Assembly (NCBI GenBank): GCA_002269645.1
Contig: NIVC01003016.1
Location: forward strand, 61,201 to 125,200
Source of the DNA: Macrostomum lignano
Taxonomy: Eukaryota
Length of the DNA: 64,000 bases
Direction of reading: 5' to 3'
In this document: positions 24,201-36,349 of the stretch, in pieces
How the letters are laid out: each line of letters opens with the position of its first letter
How positions within the stretch are numbered: the first letter of the stretch is position 1
Position numbers and translations under genes: made by a program
Notes under the pieces: model-generated
Database searches by the model: none
What the model was told of the DNA's origin: nothing
The model's input: the letters and a program-made list of their open reading frames with translations, nothing else

Positions 24201-24686
24201 AGCTGGATATCCACTAAACACACTCACCCGTGTCAATGGAGCTGGATATCCACCAAACACACTCACTGCACCCGTGTCAATGGAGCTGGATATCCACCAA
24301 ACACACTCACCCGTGTCGATGGAGCTGGATATCCACCAAACACACTCACCCGTGTCGATGGAGCTGGATATCCACTAAACACACTCACCCGTGTCGATGG
24401 TGCTGGATATCCACCAAACACACTCACCCGTGTCAATGGAGCTGGATATCCACTAAACACACTCACCCGTGTCAATGGAGCTGGATATCCACTAAACACA
24501 CTCACCCGTGTCAATGGAGCTGGATATCCACCAAACACACTCACTGCACCCGTGTCAATGGAGCTGGATATCCACCAAACACACTCACCCGTGTCGATGG
24601 AGCTGGATATCCACCAAACACACTCACCCGTGTCGATGGAGCTGGATATCCACTAAACACACTCACCCGTGTCGATGGAGCTGGTC
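21300..24686. repeat. Satellite array, 39-bp unit GTGTCAATGGAGCTGGATATCCACCAAACACACTCACCC (44-bp variant with CTGCA), with higher-order periods
   Basis: More than 80 units; near-identical variant patterns recur at +1564 bp (ORF starts 21658/23222, 21905/23469, 22027/23591, 22427/23991, 22944/24508) and at +278 bp. Confidence 0.97.
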
Positions 24687-25261
24687 TGCAGCAAGCTGTC
24701 TTCAAATTTAACTAAAGTTGACTTCTTTACTAAGAAACGGCTTAGGATTTACCAAGAAATCTATCGGCGTTATGAAGAGGAAGAGAATTGCTCTGGAAGT
24801 ATTCGGGAGACAAGTGTCCTATGACTCAGATCAGAACTTTGTTCTATCCATAGATCTTACGATTCCCTAGATAGGCCACGCTTTGCATTGACTGTTGCGT
24901 CCTGATAAAACGGTAAATTGGAAACTGGATGAAAATGTCATTCTGCATCAATGTCACACTGTCAATAGGGAAAGTTTGACCTCACTCTTTTTGTCAGAAA
25001 TGAAATAATCCGATTAGTGACAGCCTTCGCAGGTATCTCAGTGGAACGAAATTTTTCTATCTGAGACATGCAAGCAAATGAATTAAATAAAAAGCTACTC
25101 AAGCTAACTAAGAATGATACATGCACTGCAGAGACTACTGACGAAATTGAGTTTGAGTTCAGTAGTTGATTTTCGCGCTGTCGCGAGTTGCAATTTTTTC
25201 ACATTGGCTTCTGTGGCCACATAAGTGGTTAATGAGAGGCCCCATCTTGTGTATATATGAT

Positions 25262-25600
25262 CTTGCCAAAGTAAGGAAACAGATGCCAAAGTAAGGAAGC
25301 AGATGCCAAAGTAAGGAAGCAGATGCCAAAGTAAGGAAGCAGATGCCAAAGTAAGGAAGCAGATGCCAAAGTAAGGAAGCAGATGCCAAAGTAAGGAAGC
25401 AGATGCCAAAGTAAGGAAGCAGATGCCAAAGTAAGGAAGCAGATGCCAAAGTAAAGAAGCAGATGCCAAAGTAAGGAAGCAGATGCCAAAGTAAGGAAGC
25501 AGATGCCAAAAGTAAGGAAGCAGATGCCAAAGTAAGGAAGCAGATGCCTGAATAAGGAAGCAGATGCCAAAGTAAGGAAGCAGATGCCTGAATATGGAAG
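25262..25600. repeat. Minisatellite, 20-bp unit AGATGCCAAAGTAAGGAAGC
   Basis: About 16 copies. Confidence 0.96.
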
Positions 25601-25611
25601 CAGGTGCCGCA

Positions 25612-25838
25612 CCTATTGCGCCGCGCATCTGAAGGCTGCGTACGGTTGTTCAGTCCAAGGACTGGGGCGTCACCACACACACACTTTCAATTATCCCAGC
25701 TAATGCTGGCACCCATTTTACAGCTGTGTGAACACACAATCTTGCTTAAAGCCGCAATTGTTCCAAGTGGGATCGGGAATCGAATCCCCGACCTTCAAGT
25801 CGTGAGTTAGATGCTCCAGCCAACTAGGTTACAATCCC
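25612..25838 (-). mobile_element. tRNA-derived SINE family 1
   Basis: Minus strand: B box GATTCGATTCC, CAGCTGTAAAATGGGTGCCAGC core, 3' CAGTCCTTGGACTGAACAACCGTACGCAGCCTTCAGATGCG shared with other copies. Confidence 0.8.
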
Positions 25839-26079
25839 CTCCTTGCCCCCCTCTTTGCGGAGAAGCAAGATCACAGAATCGTGTACCATATGCTAGTAGA
25901 CTGCCGAACGAACGGCATGGGCTTGTGATCAGAGTGGAATTCATAGCCGTCCAGCATGAGATCAATTCACATGCATGCATAGCCATGGATTTTATGATGG
26001 GGTGGGACAAAGCCAAGAATTCTACATGTACGTGTACATGACAAAGTTCCTACATATATACATTATTTTCAGAATCGGT

Positions 26080-26387
26080 GTTGTCAGCGCTCATTTTAGA
26101 GCCGCAGGCACTCATTTTTGGCGCCACAGGCACTCATTTTGGCGCCACAGGCACTCATTTTGGCGCCACAGGCACTCATTTTGGCGCCACAGGCACTCAT
26201 TTTGGCGCCACAGGCACTCATTTAGTGCCGCAGGCCCTATGTTTTGTCGCCCATGAAGCAAAATTATTGATTTCCATAACGGGTCACAAGGTGGGGTGGG
26301 GGTGGGACAAAGCATTGGCATGTCCCCCCATAGATTTTACTGGGGGACATGTGCCCCTGCCCCCCCCCCCCAGAGGCGACGCCCCTG
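26080..26387. mobile_element. MITE-like element (family of 14749-14965) with an expanded 21-bp subrepeat
   Basis: Ends GGCGACGCCCCTG (reverse complement of CAGGGGCGTCGCC); GGCGCCACAGGCACTCATTTT x5. Confidence 0.75.
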
Positions 26388-26966
26388 TGCATAGTCACTA
26401 TATAGAATACATACGAATTCAGTGAGACAGAGTGAGTACAAGTTATATACAATCGTGCATTGAGAGCAGCCTGGTTTTTTGGCATATAGCCGCTACCTCA
26501 AAATGAGAGTTCTGAGGCATCGTGTGGATGGAAATTAGTCTTGATTTGCGCAGTTCATGCAGTTTTTAGGTCTATCAAATCAGAATAGAAAATACAGACC
26601 CGAAAACTCAAATGCTGACACTTGAACTGTCCCCAGCAAGCCAACTTGTTGACAGTCCAAATCCGGTATGCTGAATAAAGTGCCTTTGACCGACTTTATT
26701 TGGTACACTGACTAAACAGAGCAGTTAGTTGCCATGGTAATCCAAAATTGTTTTGGGTCAGACATTCCTTTCTAGCAATTAAATACTCCAGTTTACAAGA
26801 ATTGTCACAGCTGCTCAGGCAGAGTAAACGCAGTGAAATTGTTTTCTTTGCAAGAGTTTGCTCAGCTGATCAAAGGGCAATATTTTTTCCAACGAATACA
26901 CTCCTGGAACCACTGGAATCCTGTCGCCTGAATTGATAATCTTGACCTAATACTTTGCCTTCAGCC

Positions 26967-27795
26967 ATGAAGCTACTGACCTGCGCGCTTGTCTTGGCTT
27001 GCTTTGCCGCTTTTGCCTGTAAGTTATTGACTAACAGTTAATTACAGTCTGGTTTGTAGCTTTATTCCATAGGGGTTGAACGTCGAGGGCTCGATTCCCG
27101 ATCCCACTCGAAACAAATTGTGTCCTTGTGCAAGGCACTTAACTCTGCATTGCTTCAGTTCACCTAGCTATAAAATCGGTGCCAGGAACTGAGGGTGTGT
27201 CAAGGACCACTAGGAACACTCAAGTAGTCTAGTAGTCCTTGGGGTGGTGTGTGTGGCGACCCCCTCCCCCAGTCCTTGGACTGAACAGCCGTGCGCACCA
27301 TTCAGATGCTGCTAATTAATTAGTTTGTGGGGCTTTCAAATCCTGAATTTTTTCTACCTGGATTTTTCTAGATTAAATCCGTAACTGCCCTCCTGAAATT
27401 ACAGCGGCCAAGTGTCCAAGACTCCAGAAGACCGCTACTTCGAGCGGCTACCAGTTCTACTTGAATGCCGCATCCAGCGGAGTAGAGGGCGATAACTACG
27501 AAAACGGCCTAAACTGCGACTACGTCCTGTTTAACGAAACTGAGAACGGTAGAGGCGGCGGCAACGTGAGAATCAACATCCGCGACTTCGATACTGAGAG
27601 CTGCTGCGACGTAGTGGACATTGCCTACATGAACCCCAGAACTACGCTCGCTCCTATCGCACTCTCCGAGGAAGACTGGACGACCAGCAGATCACGCTGA
27701 GGTGTGTTCCGTACTCCAAGGTCACTATGAATTTTCGCACCGACAACATCTACGCTAAGAAGGCCTTCATCATGACTGGTAGCACTGGCAATTGA
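26967..27795 (+). CDS. Small secreted CUB-like protein, paralog 2; exons 26967-27018 and 27405-27795; apparent 1-nt frameshift near 27638
   Basis: Signal peptide MKLLTCALVLACFAAFAS, same intron phase as paralog 1, LNAAS and TESCCD shared; the shifted frame continues YRTLRG...FRTDNIYAKKAFIMTGSTGN*, matching the paralog 1 C-terminus. Confidence 0.8.
27072..27322 (+). mobile_element. SINE family 1 copy (5' truncated) in the CUB-like gene 2 intron
   Basis: GGCTCGATTCCCGATCCC, TGTGTCCTTGTGCAAGGCACTTAAC and CAGTCCTTGGACTGAACAGCCG. Confidence 0.8.
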
Positions 27796-27999
27796 GCTGA
27801 CGCCTATACTCAACAGACAATTACTGACATAAATTCCCTGAACTTTACCAATTGGTTATGAGTGAAACAGCACTATTGACAAATAAATAAGCTATAACCA
27901 CTATAGTTTACTTTTGGTTGCAAGTATATAACTCAAACAGCAGATTTTTGTCATTTGAATTTTAACTAGCAATGAAGATGCTATAACTGGTTTAACTGA

Positions 28000-28570
28000 G
28001 ACTCCAGACTCTCACCCCATGGTTAGCGATGGCTCTACCTTTGAGACTCCAGTACCAGACTCTCACTCCATGTCTGCTAGAGACGGATCTACATTTGAGA
28101 CTCCCTGTACCAGACTCTTACACCATGTCTGCTAGAGACGTATCTACCTTTGAGACTCCAGTACCAGACTCTCACCCCATGTCTGCTAGAGACGGATCTA
28201 CATTTGAGACTCCAGTACCAGACTCTCACCCCATGTCTGCTAGAGACGGATCGATCTACCTTTGAGACTCCAGTACCAGACTCTCACCCCATATCTGCTA
28301 GAGATGGCTCTACATTTAAGACTCTTGTACCATAGTCTCACCCCATGGTTAGCGATAGCTCTACCTTTGAGACTCCAGTACCAGACTCTCACCCCATGTC
28401 TGCTAGCGACGGATCTACATTTGAGACTCCCTGTACCAGACTCTCACCCGATGTCTGCTAGCAATGGCTCTACATTTGAGACTCCAGTACCAGACTCTCA
28501 CCCATGGTTAGCGATGGCTCTACCTTTGAGACTCCAGTACCAGACTCTCACCCATGTCTGCTAGCGACGG
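28000..28570. repeat. Degenerate ~52-bp tandem repeat (GAGACTCCAGTACCAGACTCTCACCCCATGTCTGCTAG...)
   Basis: About 10-11 variant copies. Confidence 0.9.
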
Positions 28571-29154
28571 TTGTTTCTCATTTACCTATTCACATCTTAT
28601 TCACATCTCTGAAAAATTAAATAACAATCGAATACAACAGACTTTCTGAAAAATTCACAAGAAATGAAACAATAAAATTGTTGTAGGAATCAAACTCGGA
28701 ATATATTGACAAAATAAGAACACTCGTTAGAAGCCTCGCTAACTAAAAACTATGCAATTATTCTAAATAATCCTGGTCACCCGGAAAAATCAAAAACTTT
28801 ATAATGCATAATAAATTAATCGTAAAATTGGTCAGTAAGTATGAAGTCCAACCTTACTTGAGCTGAACAATGGCAAGTCAGAGAAGATCGGATCATATTC
28901 GACTATACTACTTGCAACACCAGTAGTGAGATACTTTTGCCAGTAAAAAAATAATTATAAGTGATTAGTCAATGTATAAAAAAATAATTATAAGTGATTA
29001 GTCAATGTACTAGATATACTACTTAAATTGGCACACCAGTAAAATATGAGAAAATGATAAATATAAGTAGTTTTTGCGCTTCTTGGGAAATTAATTATGC
29101 GTTTAAGTTTAGACACATGTAAAAGCCTTTTTTCTAATTGTTGTGGAATTTCTC

Positions 29155-30310
29155 TTGCTATTCCCTCTCCTGTTACTCAGTTGCAGTGCCATTCCCTCTC
29201 CTGTTACTCAGTTGCAGTGCCATTCCCTCTCCTGTTACTCAGTTGCAGTGCCATTCCCTCTCCTGTTACTCAGTTGCAGTGCCATTCCCTCTCCTGTTAC
29301 TCAGTTGCAGTGCCATTCCCTCTCCTGTTACTCAGTTGCAGTGCCATTCCCTCTCCTGTTACTCAGTTGCAGTGCCATTCCCTCTCCTGTTACTCAGTTG
29401 CAGTGCCATTCCCTCTCCTGTTACTCAGTTGCAGTGCCATTCCCTCTCCTGTTACTCAGTTGCAGTGCCATTCCCTCTCCTGTTACTCAGTTGCAGTGCC
29501 ATTCCCTCTCCTGTTACTCAGTTGCAGTGCCATTCCCTCTCCTGTTACTCAGTTGCAGTGCCATTCCCTCTCCTGTTACTCAGTTGCAGTGCCATTCCCT
29601 CTCCTGTTACTCAGTTGCAGTGCCATTCCCTCTCCTGTTACTCAGTTGCAGTGCCATTCCCTCTCCTGTTACTCAGTTGCAGTGCCATTCCCTCTCCTGT
29701 TACTCAGTTGCAGTGCCATTCCCTCTCCTGTTACTCAGTTGCAGTGCCATTTCCTCTCCTGTTACTCAGTTGCAGTGCCATTTCCTCTCCTGTTACTCAG
29801 TTGCAGTGCCATTCCCTCTCCTGTTACTCAGTTGCAGTGCCATTCCCTCTTCTGTGAGTGAGACACAATGCCATTCTCTCTTCTGTGAGTGAGACACAAT
29901 GCCATTCTCTCTTCTGTGAGTGAGACGCAATGCCATTCTCTCTTCTGTGAGTGAGACACAATGCCATTCTCTCTTCTGTGAGTGAGACGCAATGCCATTC
30001 TCTCTTCTGTGAATCAGTCACAATACCATTCTCTCTTCTGTGAGTGAGACGCAATGCCATTCTCTCTTCTGTGAGTGAGACACAATGCCATTCTCTCTTC
30101 TGTGAGTGAGACACAATGCCATTCTCTCTTCTGTGAGTGAGACGCAATGCCATTCTCTCTTCTGTGAGTGAGACACAATGCCATTCTCTCTTCTGTGAGT
30201 GAGACACAATGCCATTCTCTCTTCTGTGAGTGAGACACAATGCCATTCTCTCTTCTGTGAGTGAGACACAATGCCATTCCCTCTTCTGTGAATCAGTCAC
30301 AATACCATTC
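29155..30310. repeat. Bipartite 31-bp minisatellite: CCATTCCCTCTCCTGTTACTCAGTTGCAGTG (to ~29845), then CCATTCTCTCTTCTGTGAGTGAGACACAATG
   Basis: About 22 plus about 15 copies with an abrupt switch at ~29848. Confidence 0.96.
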
Positions 30311-30374
30311 CCTGTCCTGTCCCCCAGCCAGCATCCAGTTCCGTTGCCCTACAATGTCTCCAGCATCCAACAGT

Positions 30375-33300
30375 TCAGCCGTCAGGCACCAGGCGGCGCC
30401 AGCAGCAGGCTGCCACCAGTGACCAGGGTGTCATTCCCCGGCGCGGTATCGGGCCCTGACAGCTGAGCAGGCTGGGGCCGTAGGCGGTGCCCGCTGGGAA
30501 CACCCGGCCGGGCCGCCTGCGTCGCCAGGTGCGCCAGGCCGCGGCCTCGTCCGGCACCTCCGGGCCAGCCGGATGGAGATTCGGATCAATATCCGGTGCG
30601 GCCGCTGCCGGGCCGAACCCGCCCAGCCTGCTGTAGTAATAATAGTAATAGTAATAATAGTCGTAGCTGGAGTAATAGCCGGCGCCAGGCGTCTCGTTGT
30701 TTCTCTGCCACCAGATCAGCGGCGCCGTAGGTCGCAGGAGCCCCGGGTCCAGCGATAGCGACAGCGTTGCCCTTGGCAACTGCGGCTGCGGCTGCTGGTG
30801 GTGCTGATGATGGCTCCGCTGGTTGATGTGGCCTCGCTGCCCGTGATAGTGATAGTGATAGTGCTGATGCAGCTCGGGATGCTGGGATGAGACGCTGGCA
30901 CCGCCGCCGCCGCCGCCAGTCAGCAGAGCGGTCGGCGGCACCGTGAAGAACAAAGCGAAGCAGAGCACCACGGCGGCCAGGGTTGTGGTCGAGGTCGCCG
31001 CGGCTGATAGCGACGTTGTCGAAGAAGTTGACGATTCAGTTCGCGAGCTGACACGGCCAAGCGGAGTTTGCGGCTGATGCTGGCGAGTTCGAACCACGGC
31101 GCTGGAGGCTGCAGCAGCTGCAGCGGCGGCCGCTGTGGCGGAGGCGTTGGCGCAGGTCTGCTGCAGCTGGCGGAGCTGGGCGAGCAGGCCGCGGTTGCTG
31201 CTCTCCAGCTGGTCAACTCGGCGACGCAGGCTGTCGTTCTCGGTGGCGTACTGGTCCACTCTGGGTTGTGGGGGAGGGGGTCGGTCTGTTTTATGATTGC
31301 AGTAGCTTAAGCCTGGCGTGTACAACTCAGGTTTATAAAGATGGTCACTTAATCGACTGTTGGCTCATAGAAACGTTTTTAGTAATAGATTTCCTAGTTG
31401 CACATATGGCAACTAAGAATCTGTTGGGTCATTGCTGGTTGGGTCATACGAGCTTAAATAGCGGGGTCTAAGAGATTTTTCTCTGTTAGAGACTGTTAGA
31501 CAGCTCAGTCATAGATATCCAGATACATTATAGACTATAGTCATAGATCGCTGGGTCATAGATACTTGAGTCATAGATAGTTGAGTCATAGTTGAGTCAT
31601 GGATAGTTGAGTAATACTCGTATATTAATAGATAGTCGAGTCATAAATAGTTGAGTAATGAATAGTCGAGTCATAGATAGTTGAGTCAGCTATCCTAAGG
31701 CTCGAAAATGGACGCGTCACAGATTTACGTGCCCTAGATGGCTGGGTGGTGGACACTTAGACCATAAAACTTCGAATTCCGGTAGAGAAATCAATAAACT
31801 CAGTCAGATGGCCCAACTCGTACTCACCGCTGCTCCAGCGACTCCATGTACTCTTTCTTTCGACGCCGGCTCTCCTGCGCGCTCCATTTATTCTTCAGCT
31901 TCCGCCTGATTCGTTTCAAAGCTTTCTCCTCGTGCGCGCTCAGCGGCAGCCCGGTTGGCGGCGGGATGCCCTCGCTGGCGTAGGTGAATCGCTCCTCCGC
32001 GGTGAGCTGCAGGAGGCACTGGCCGGGCCTGTTGGAGCTGAGCTGGGCGCCCAGCTCTGCGAGGTTGGCGAGTTCTGTGAGTCAGACTGTGGGTCAGACT
32101 GTGGGTCAGACTGTGGGTCAGACTTTGGGTCAGATTGTGGGCCGGATTGTTAATCAGATTGTGAATCAGACTGTGGGTCAGACTGTGGGTCAGATTGTGG
32201 ATCAGATTGTTAATCAGACTGTGGGTCAGACTGTGGGCCAAATTGTGGGTCAGATTGTTAATCAGATTGTGAATCAGATTGTCGGTCAGATTGTTAATCA
32301 GATTGTGAATCAGACTGTGGGTCAGATTGTGGGTCAGATTGTGGGTCAGACTGTGGGTCAGACTGTGAATCAGACTGTGGGTCAGACTGTGAATCAGACT
32401 GTGGGTCAGACTGTGGGTCAGACTGTGGGTCAGACTGTGGGTCAGACTGTGGGTCAGATTGTGGGTCAGATTGTGAGTCATACTGTGGGTCAGACTGTGA
32501 ATCAGACTGTGGGTCAGACTGTGAATCAGACTGTGGGTCAGACTGTGGGGCAGATTGTGGGTCAGATTGTGGGGCAGATTGTGGGTCAGATTGTGGGTCA
32601 GACTGTGGGTCAGACTGTGGGTGAGACTGTGGGTGAGACTGTGGGTGAGACTGTGGGTCAGACTGTGGGTCAGACTGTGGGTCAGACTGTGGGTCAGTTT
32701 GTGGATTTGACCCACAGTCTAACCCACAAAAAATCTTTTTAGCTTGGAAAATTTGTGCAAATTTATAAGAATTTTGTGAAACACGTTTGTTTTCAGAAAC
32801 ATTTTTAGTTGCTTTAGCCGCGCGGTGCGAATTGGCAATTCTGGCCAAACGGGAGCACAGAAAATTTCTTCCGCATTTCTACATGCATTTCTATCTTAGC
32901 TATGAGGGGGAGTGCGAGTTAAAATTCCTAGAGTAGGATTTCCGACTCGAGTCTGCGTATTGAATTGCAGTGCGCCAAAGTTTCTGACGAAACTCCCTTT
33001 TACTCCATTACAGGCCTTCTCCTGCGCCCCCTCTCTCTCTCTCTCTCTTTCTGTCTTTTAAGTGGCCTCTTTCTAAGAAAGCGGGATCAAAAACAGCGAA
33101 TAATGCCTCTGCTACCTTGGACACGAGTTGTCCATGGAGACCCTAAAATCATAAAATCATGGAGACCCTCAATAGCGGAGGCCGCAGAAGAGAGAGAGGG
33201 GGAGAGAGCATGAGTCACACTCATTCATTGACGGCTAATCCGGCTTTATTTATTTTACCTTACGAAGCAATACTGCAGTCAAAAGTAAGTCCTCGGCGAA

Positions 33301-33931
33301 ACCACCCCACGCACTCACTGTTCAGTGCACGCGCGCACACTGCTGTATTTTACAGTCGAGCTGACTTACCGGGCTTGAGATTCCAGTTCCGAGAACAGCT
33401 GTTGCCACTGTGAGGAGGAGGGGGCAAGCGGGACACTTCTTCTCTGTCTAGAGGGCTAATCCAGTCGAGTTCCATGCCCTGCTGTTGTTGTTGTTGCTGC
33501 TGCTGCTGAAGCAACAGATGTTGTTGCTGTTGCTGTTGTTGTTGAGCGAGTTGCTCCCGCCCCTGCTCATGCCCATAATCCCCCATAAGCAGCCAAGTTG
33601 TGGGCGAGTTCAGGTTGACGTCCAGCCCGCTGTCCGACCCGTCGTCCGTAGCCGCAACGTCCGGCCCGTTGGAGCAGCTCGGCGATGAGAATGAGGATGC
33701 TGCGGTTGATGAAGAAGCTGTCAGCAGGATTTCGCCTGCCGATAGCTGCTGACCCTGGCTACTGCTGGCTGTAGACGTCGCCGTCTGAGACATCATCTGA
33801 TCGTGCAGAACTGGCGGACTGGGCAGCGAGCCGCAGAGCTCGTCAAGCCAGTCGGTGCCGCAGTTCCCATCCTCGCCGACGAGAAACTCGTCTGGCGACT
33901 GGATATCGCTGTAGAAGTAGTTGACGGCTGC
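30375..33931 (-). CDS. CREB3: CREB3/CrebA-family membrane-tethered bZIP transcription factor; exons 33931-33370, 32074-31828, 31260-30375 (~565 aa); no in-frame ATG at the first acceptor
   Basis: [63 protein letters not shown] followed by a leucine zipper; TM segment [16 protein letters not shown]; candidate S1P site RATL; GT-AG junctions keep frame. The exact CREB3 paralog cannot be assigned. Confidence 0.88.
32078..32720. repeat. Intronic 12-bp minisatellite GTCAGA(C/T)TGTG(G/A)
   Basis: More than 50 copies running up to the acceptor of CREB3-like exon 2. Confidence 0.95.
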
Positions 33932-36349
33932 CTGCGGTGTAGCATGATAAAGTTGAAAAAAACATCGGTGAGCTGGTTAGGGAGATCTTCGACGCTTAAA
34001 ATAGCAAAAATGCAATCAATAATGATGCAAAGAAAGAATTACGAAGACACTAATTTGTCTGTGCTGATGAGTGATGAGTACTTGAATATGCATCTAAATG
34101 CAGTAAAGTTTCCATGGCTATTTTACTTAATCTATAGCTTTAACCTGTTTTATAATCAACAGAATCTGTTTATTTAAGTATTGACTTAGTGTGAAATGAT
34201 GGAGTCACAAATTAGGTGTGAATATGAATTTCAGAAGTAAATTCAAATGATTGTTTTAAATTGCTCAATAAAAATAGTTTTTTTACTATTCATACTTGAC
34301 TCAAACTAAAATATATATTGAAATATAATTACAAAGGCTATAGGTTGTATTTATAATAAGCAGGGCTTTTAAATCGCCAGAATCTTTAAATCAATAATCT
34401 AAATATCAGGCTAAAATAAACTTCTAAAATAATAAAATCATGTACTGTTTTTTAAATAATTTGAATTGACTATATTGCTAAAAAGATTCTGATTATAAAG
34501 AAAAAAGACAGAAAAATTAATTAAATTCAATAATTCACTATAAAATCCTTTACAAAATAGTCTTGTTAATTTATGAACGAATCATAATGAAATCAAACTA
34601 AATACAGGTCGATCAAGCATAGTCCTACTTAAATAAGTTATAAGAAATAAGTCTCTTTTGAATTTTCTCTTTATCTTTAGCTACGTTCAGTATATGAGCT
34701 GGTAGTTTTGAGTAGCTACAAGAATGAAGCATCAAAATTCAAATCGAACACACTCAATTATCGTATTTTCGTTTCACCAAATATAACAAAACATAATGTT
34801 TTGAGGATTATTACATCATATTTTGGAAAAGAAAAAAACAAAAGATGCAAACTTGCGCTATAGCTACATGCGCGATTACTTTTAAAAGACAGTAAATGCT
34901 GTCACGTTTTTATGCAAGTTCCAAGCCGACTCCACGACAAATTTATACAAATGGTGCTAAAATTAAATAACTATAGATGTAAAAAGTAAAAAATCAAAAC
35001 AAGAAGCTCTCGTAGCTTATTCACCAGGCAAAGTCATCGTATCAACAGTTTCCATATACTGTACTGTGTGCAGGTGTGCTATTCATGCTGCTATTAGAAC
35101 ATCGACATGTTTACATGTTCTACGAATCTATACGGATAGTGCAATGTACATGTAAATTCTGAATGCAATTGCAATTTCCACTATAAGAAGTGTCATGTCA
35201 AACATAAAAGAAGCGTCATGTCAAATTACTGTACATACATGTAAGAATTGCGTCATGTAAAATTCAGCAGGATGTTTAAGCTTAGATTTAGGGTTTGGGT
35301 TAAGGAAGGTTGGGGTTCAACTGTATAAAATATTCGTGGACGAATTCTTAAAAAGTCAAGGCTCATATTGGAAGTTGCTTTGATGCAAGGCTCGATCATC
35401 ATGGGGAAATTGCTGAGATGTCAAGGCTAAGATCGATCGCTGGTCAGAAGCTAGATGTACTTGCAGTTTATGAGTTTATTCAAAATTTTTATTCCATTTT
35501 TTGTTTGCCTCCACTGGTACGTATATACAATGAGTCAGCTTTGAACACATACATGTATATAGTCAATGCATAAAAATCGATTAGAAACACAAACTATATA
35601 GTCAGTTTACTAATTTAATTATAAAACAGCACTAAATTCGCATGGAAATTGTAATATAGGTCATTTTAAAGTCTCACTTTTGCAATCGTCTATCAGTTTT
35701 TAGCTTCGTTAATGCGGGTGTTTTAAGAGCGTAGCTATTCACACCAGGGCATGTGTGTATGCATATGCACATTCATTATTAGTTATGAATCCGATTTAGT
35801 GGTTTGGTCTAATAAAATAATTACATGTAGAAACACGAAGACTAAACGCAGACTTGAATGACGAATATTTATTATTAGGAGCGCAAAGTGCAACAGTACC
35901 ACAAATTTTACCGGGTTAATAATGTATTTCTCCATTTTTCTATATTAATGATGTACAGTAATTTTAAAGATACATGCAGCTACAGGCGCCACAAATAGCT
36001 AAAATGAAGCAAGTAGCAGACAATAAAATAGCGCTTAACAATCAATAGGAATGCGAGGCGGCGGCCACATATGTGATCACCTAATTCTAAAATTAACGCC
36101 TAGCATAGCCTACGAGGACACAACAAGCAGTGTGCCGATGTAATACCCTTACCGCGCTATGTACGTGTAGCACTGTAAAATAATGGCCACTGGCCAGCCA
36201 TCATCAATACTCAGCCAGATTGTAGTGTTTTTATTAAAAAGCGAAACAAGCAATACGAAAGGCTCTGTTTAGTATTAATAGCAACGTAATTGATAAATTA
36301 ATAATAAGGTAGTAACTCGAAGTTAACTTAAGCTAATGAGGATCTGGTG

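Noticed and set aside
21300-24686. CRISPR-like appearance of regular repeats, here and in other arrays
   Set aside because: No unique spacers, no cas genes, and a eukaryotic intron-containing context.
21228-24715. Long ORFs (up to 570 aa) in several frames
   Set aside because: They are translations of the 39/44-bp satellite, open in many frames on both strands, with no unique domain or splice context.
31888-32848. THSL, VGQT and QSDP repeat ORFs
   Set aside because: They come from the 12-bp intronic minisatellite of the bZIP gene.
34200-36340. Possible hidden gene between SPCS1 and the CREB3-like gene
   Set aside because: AT-rich, with no ORF of 60 aa or more in the track and no recognisable motif; used only as a CpG-retaining control region.
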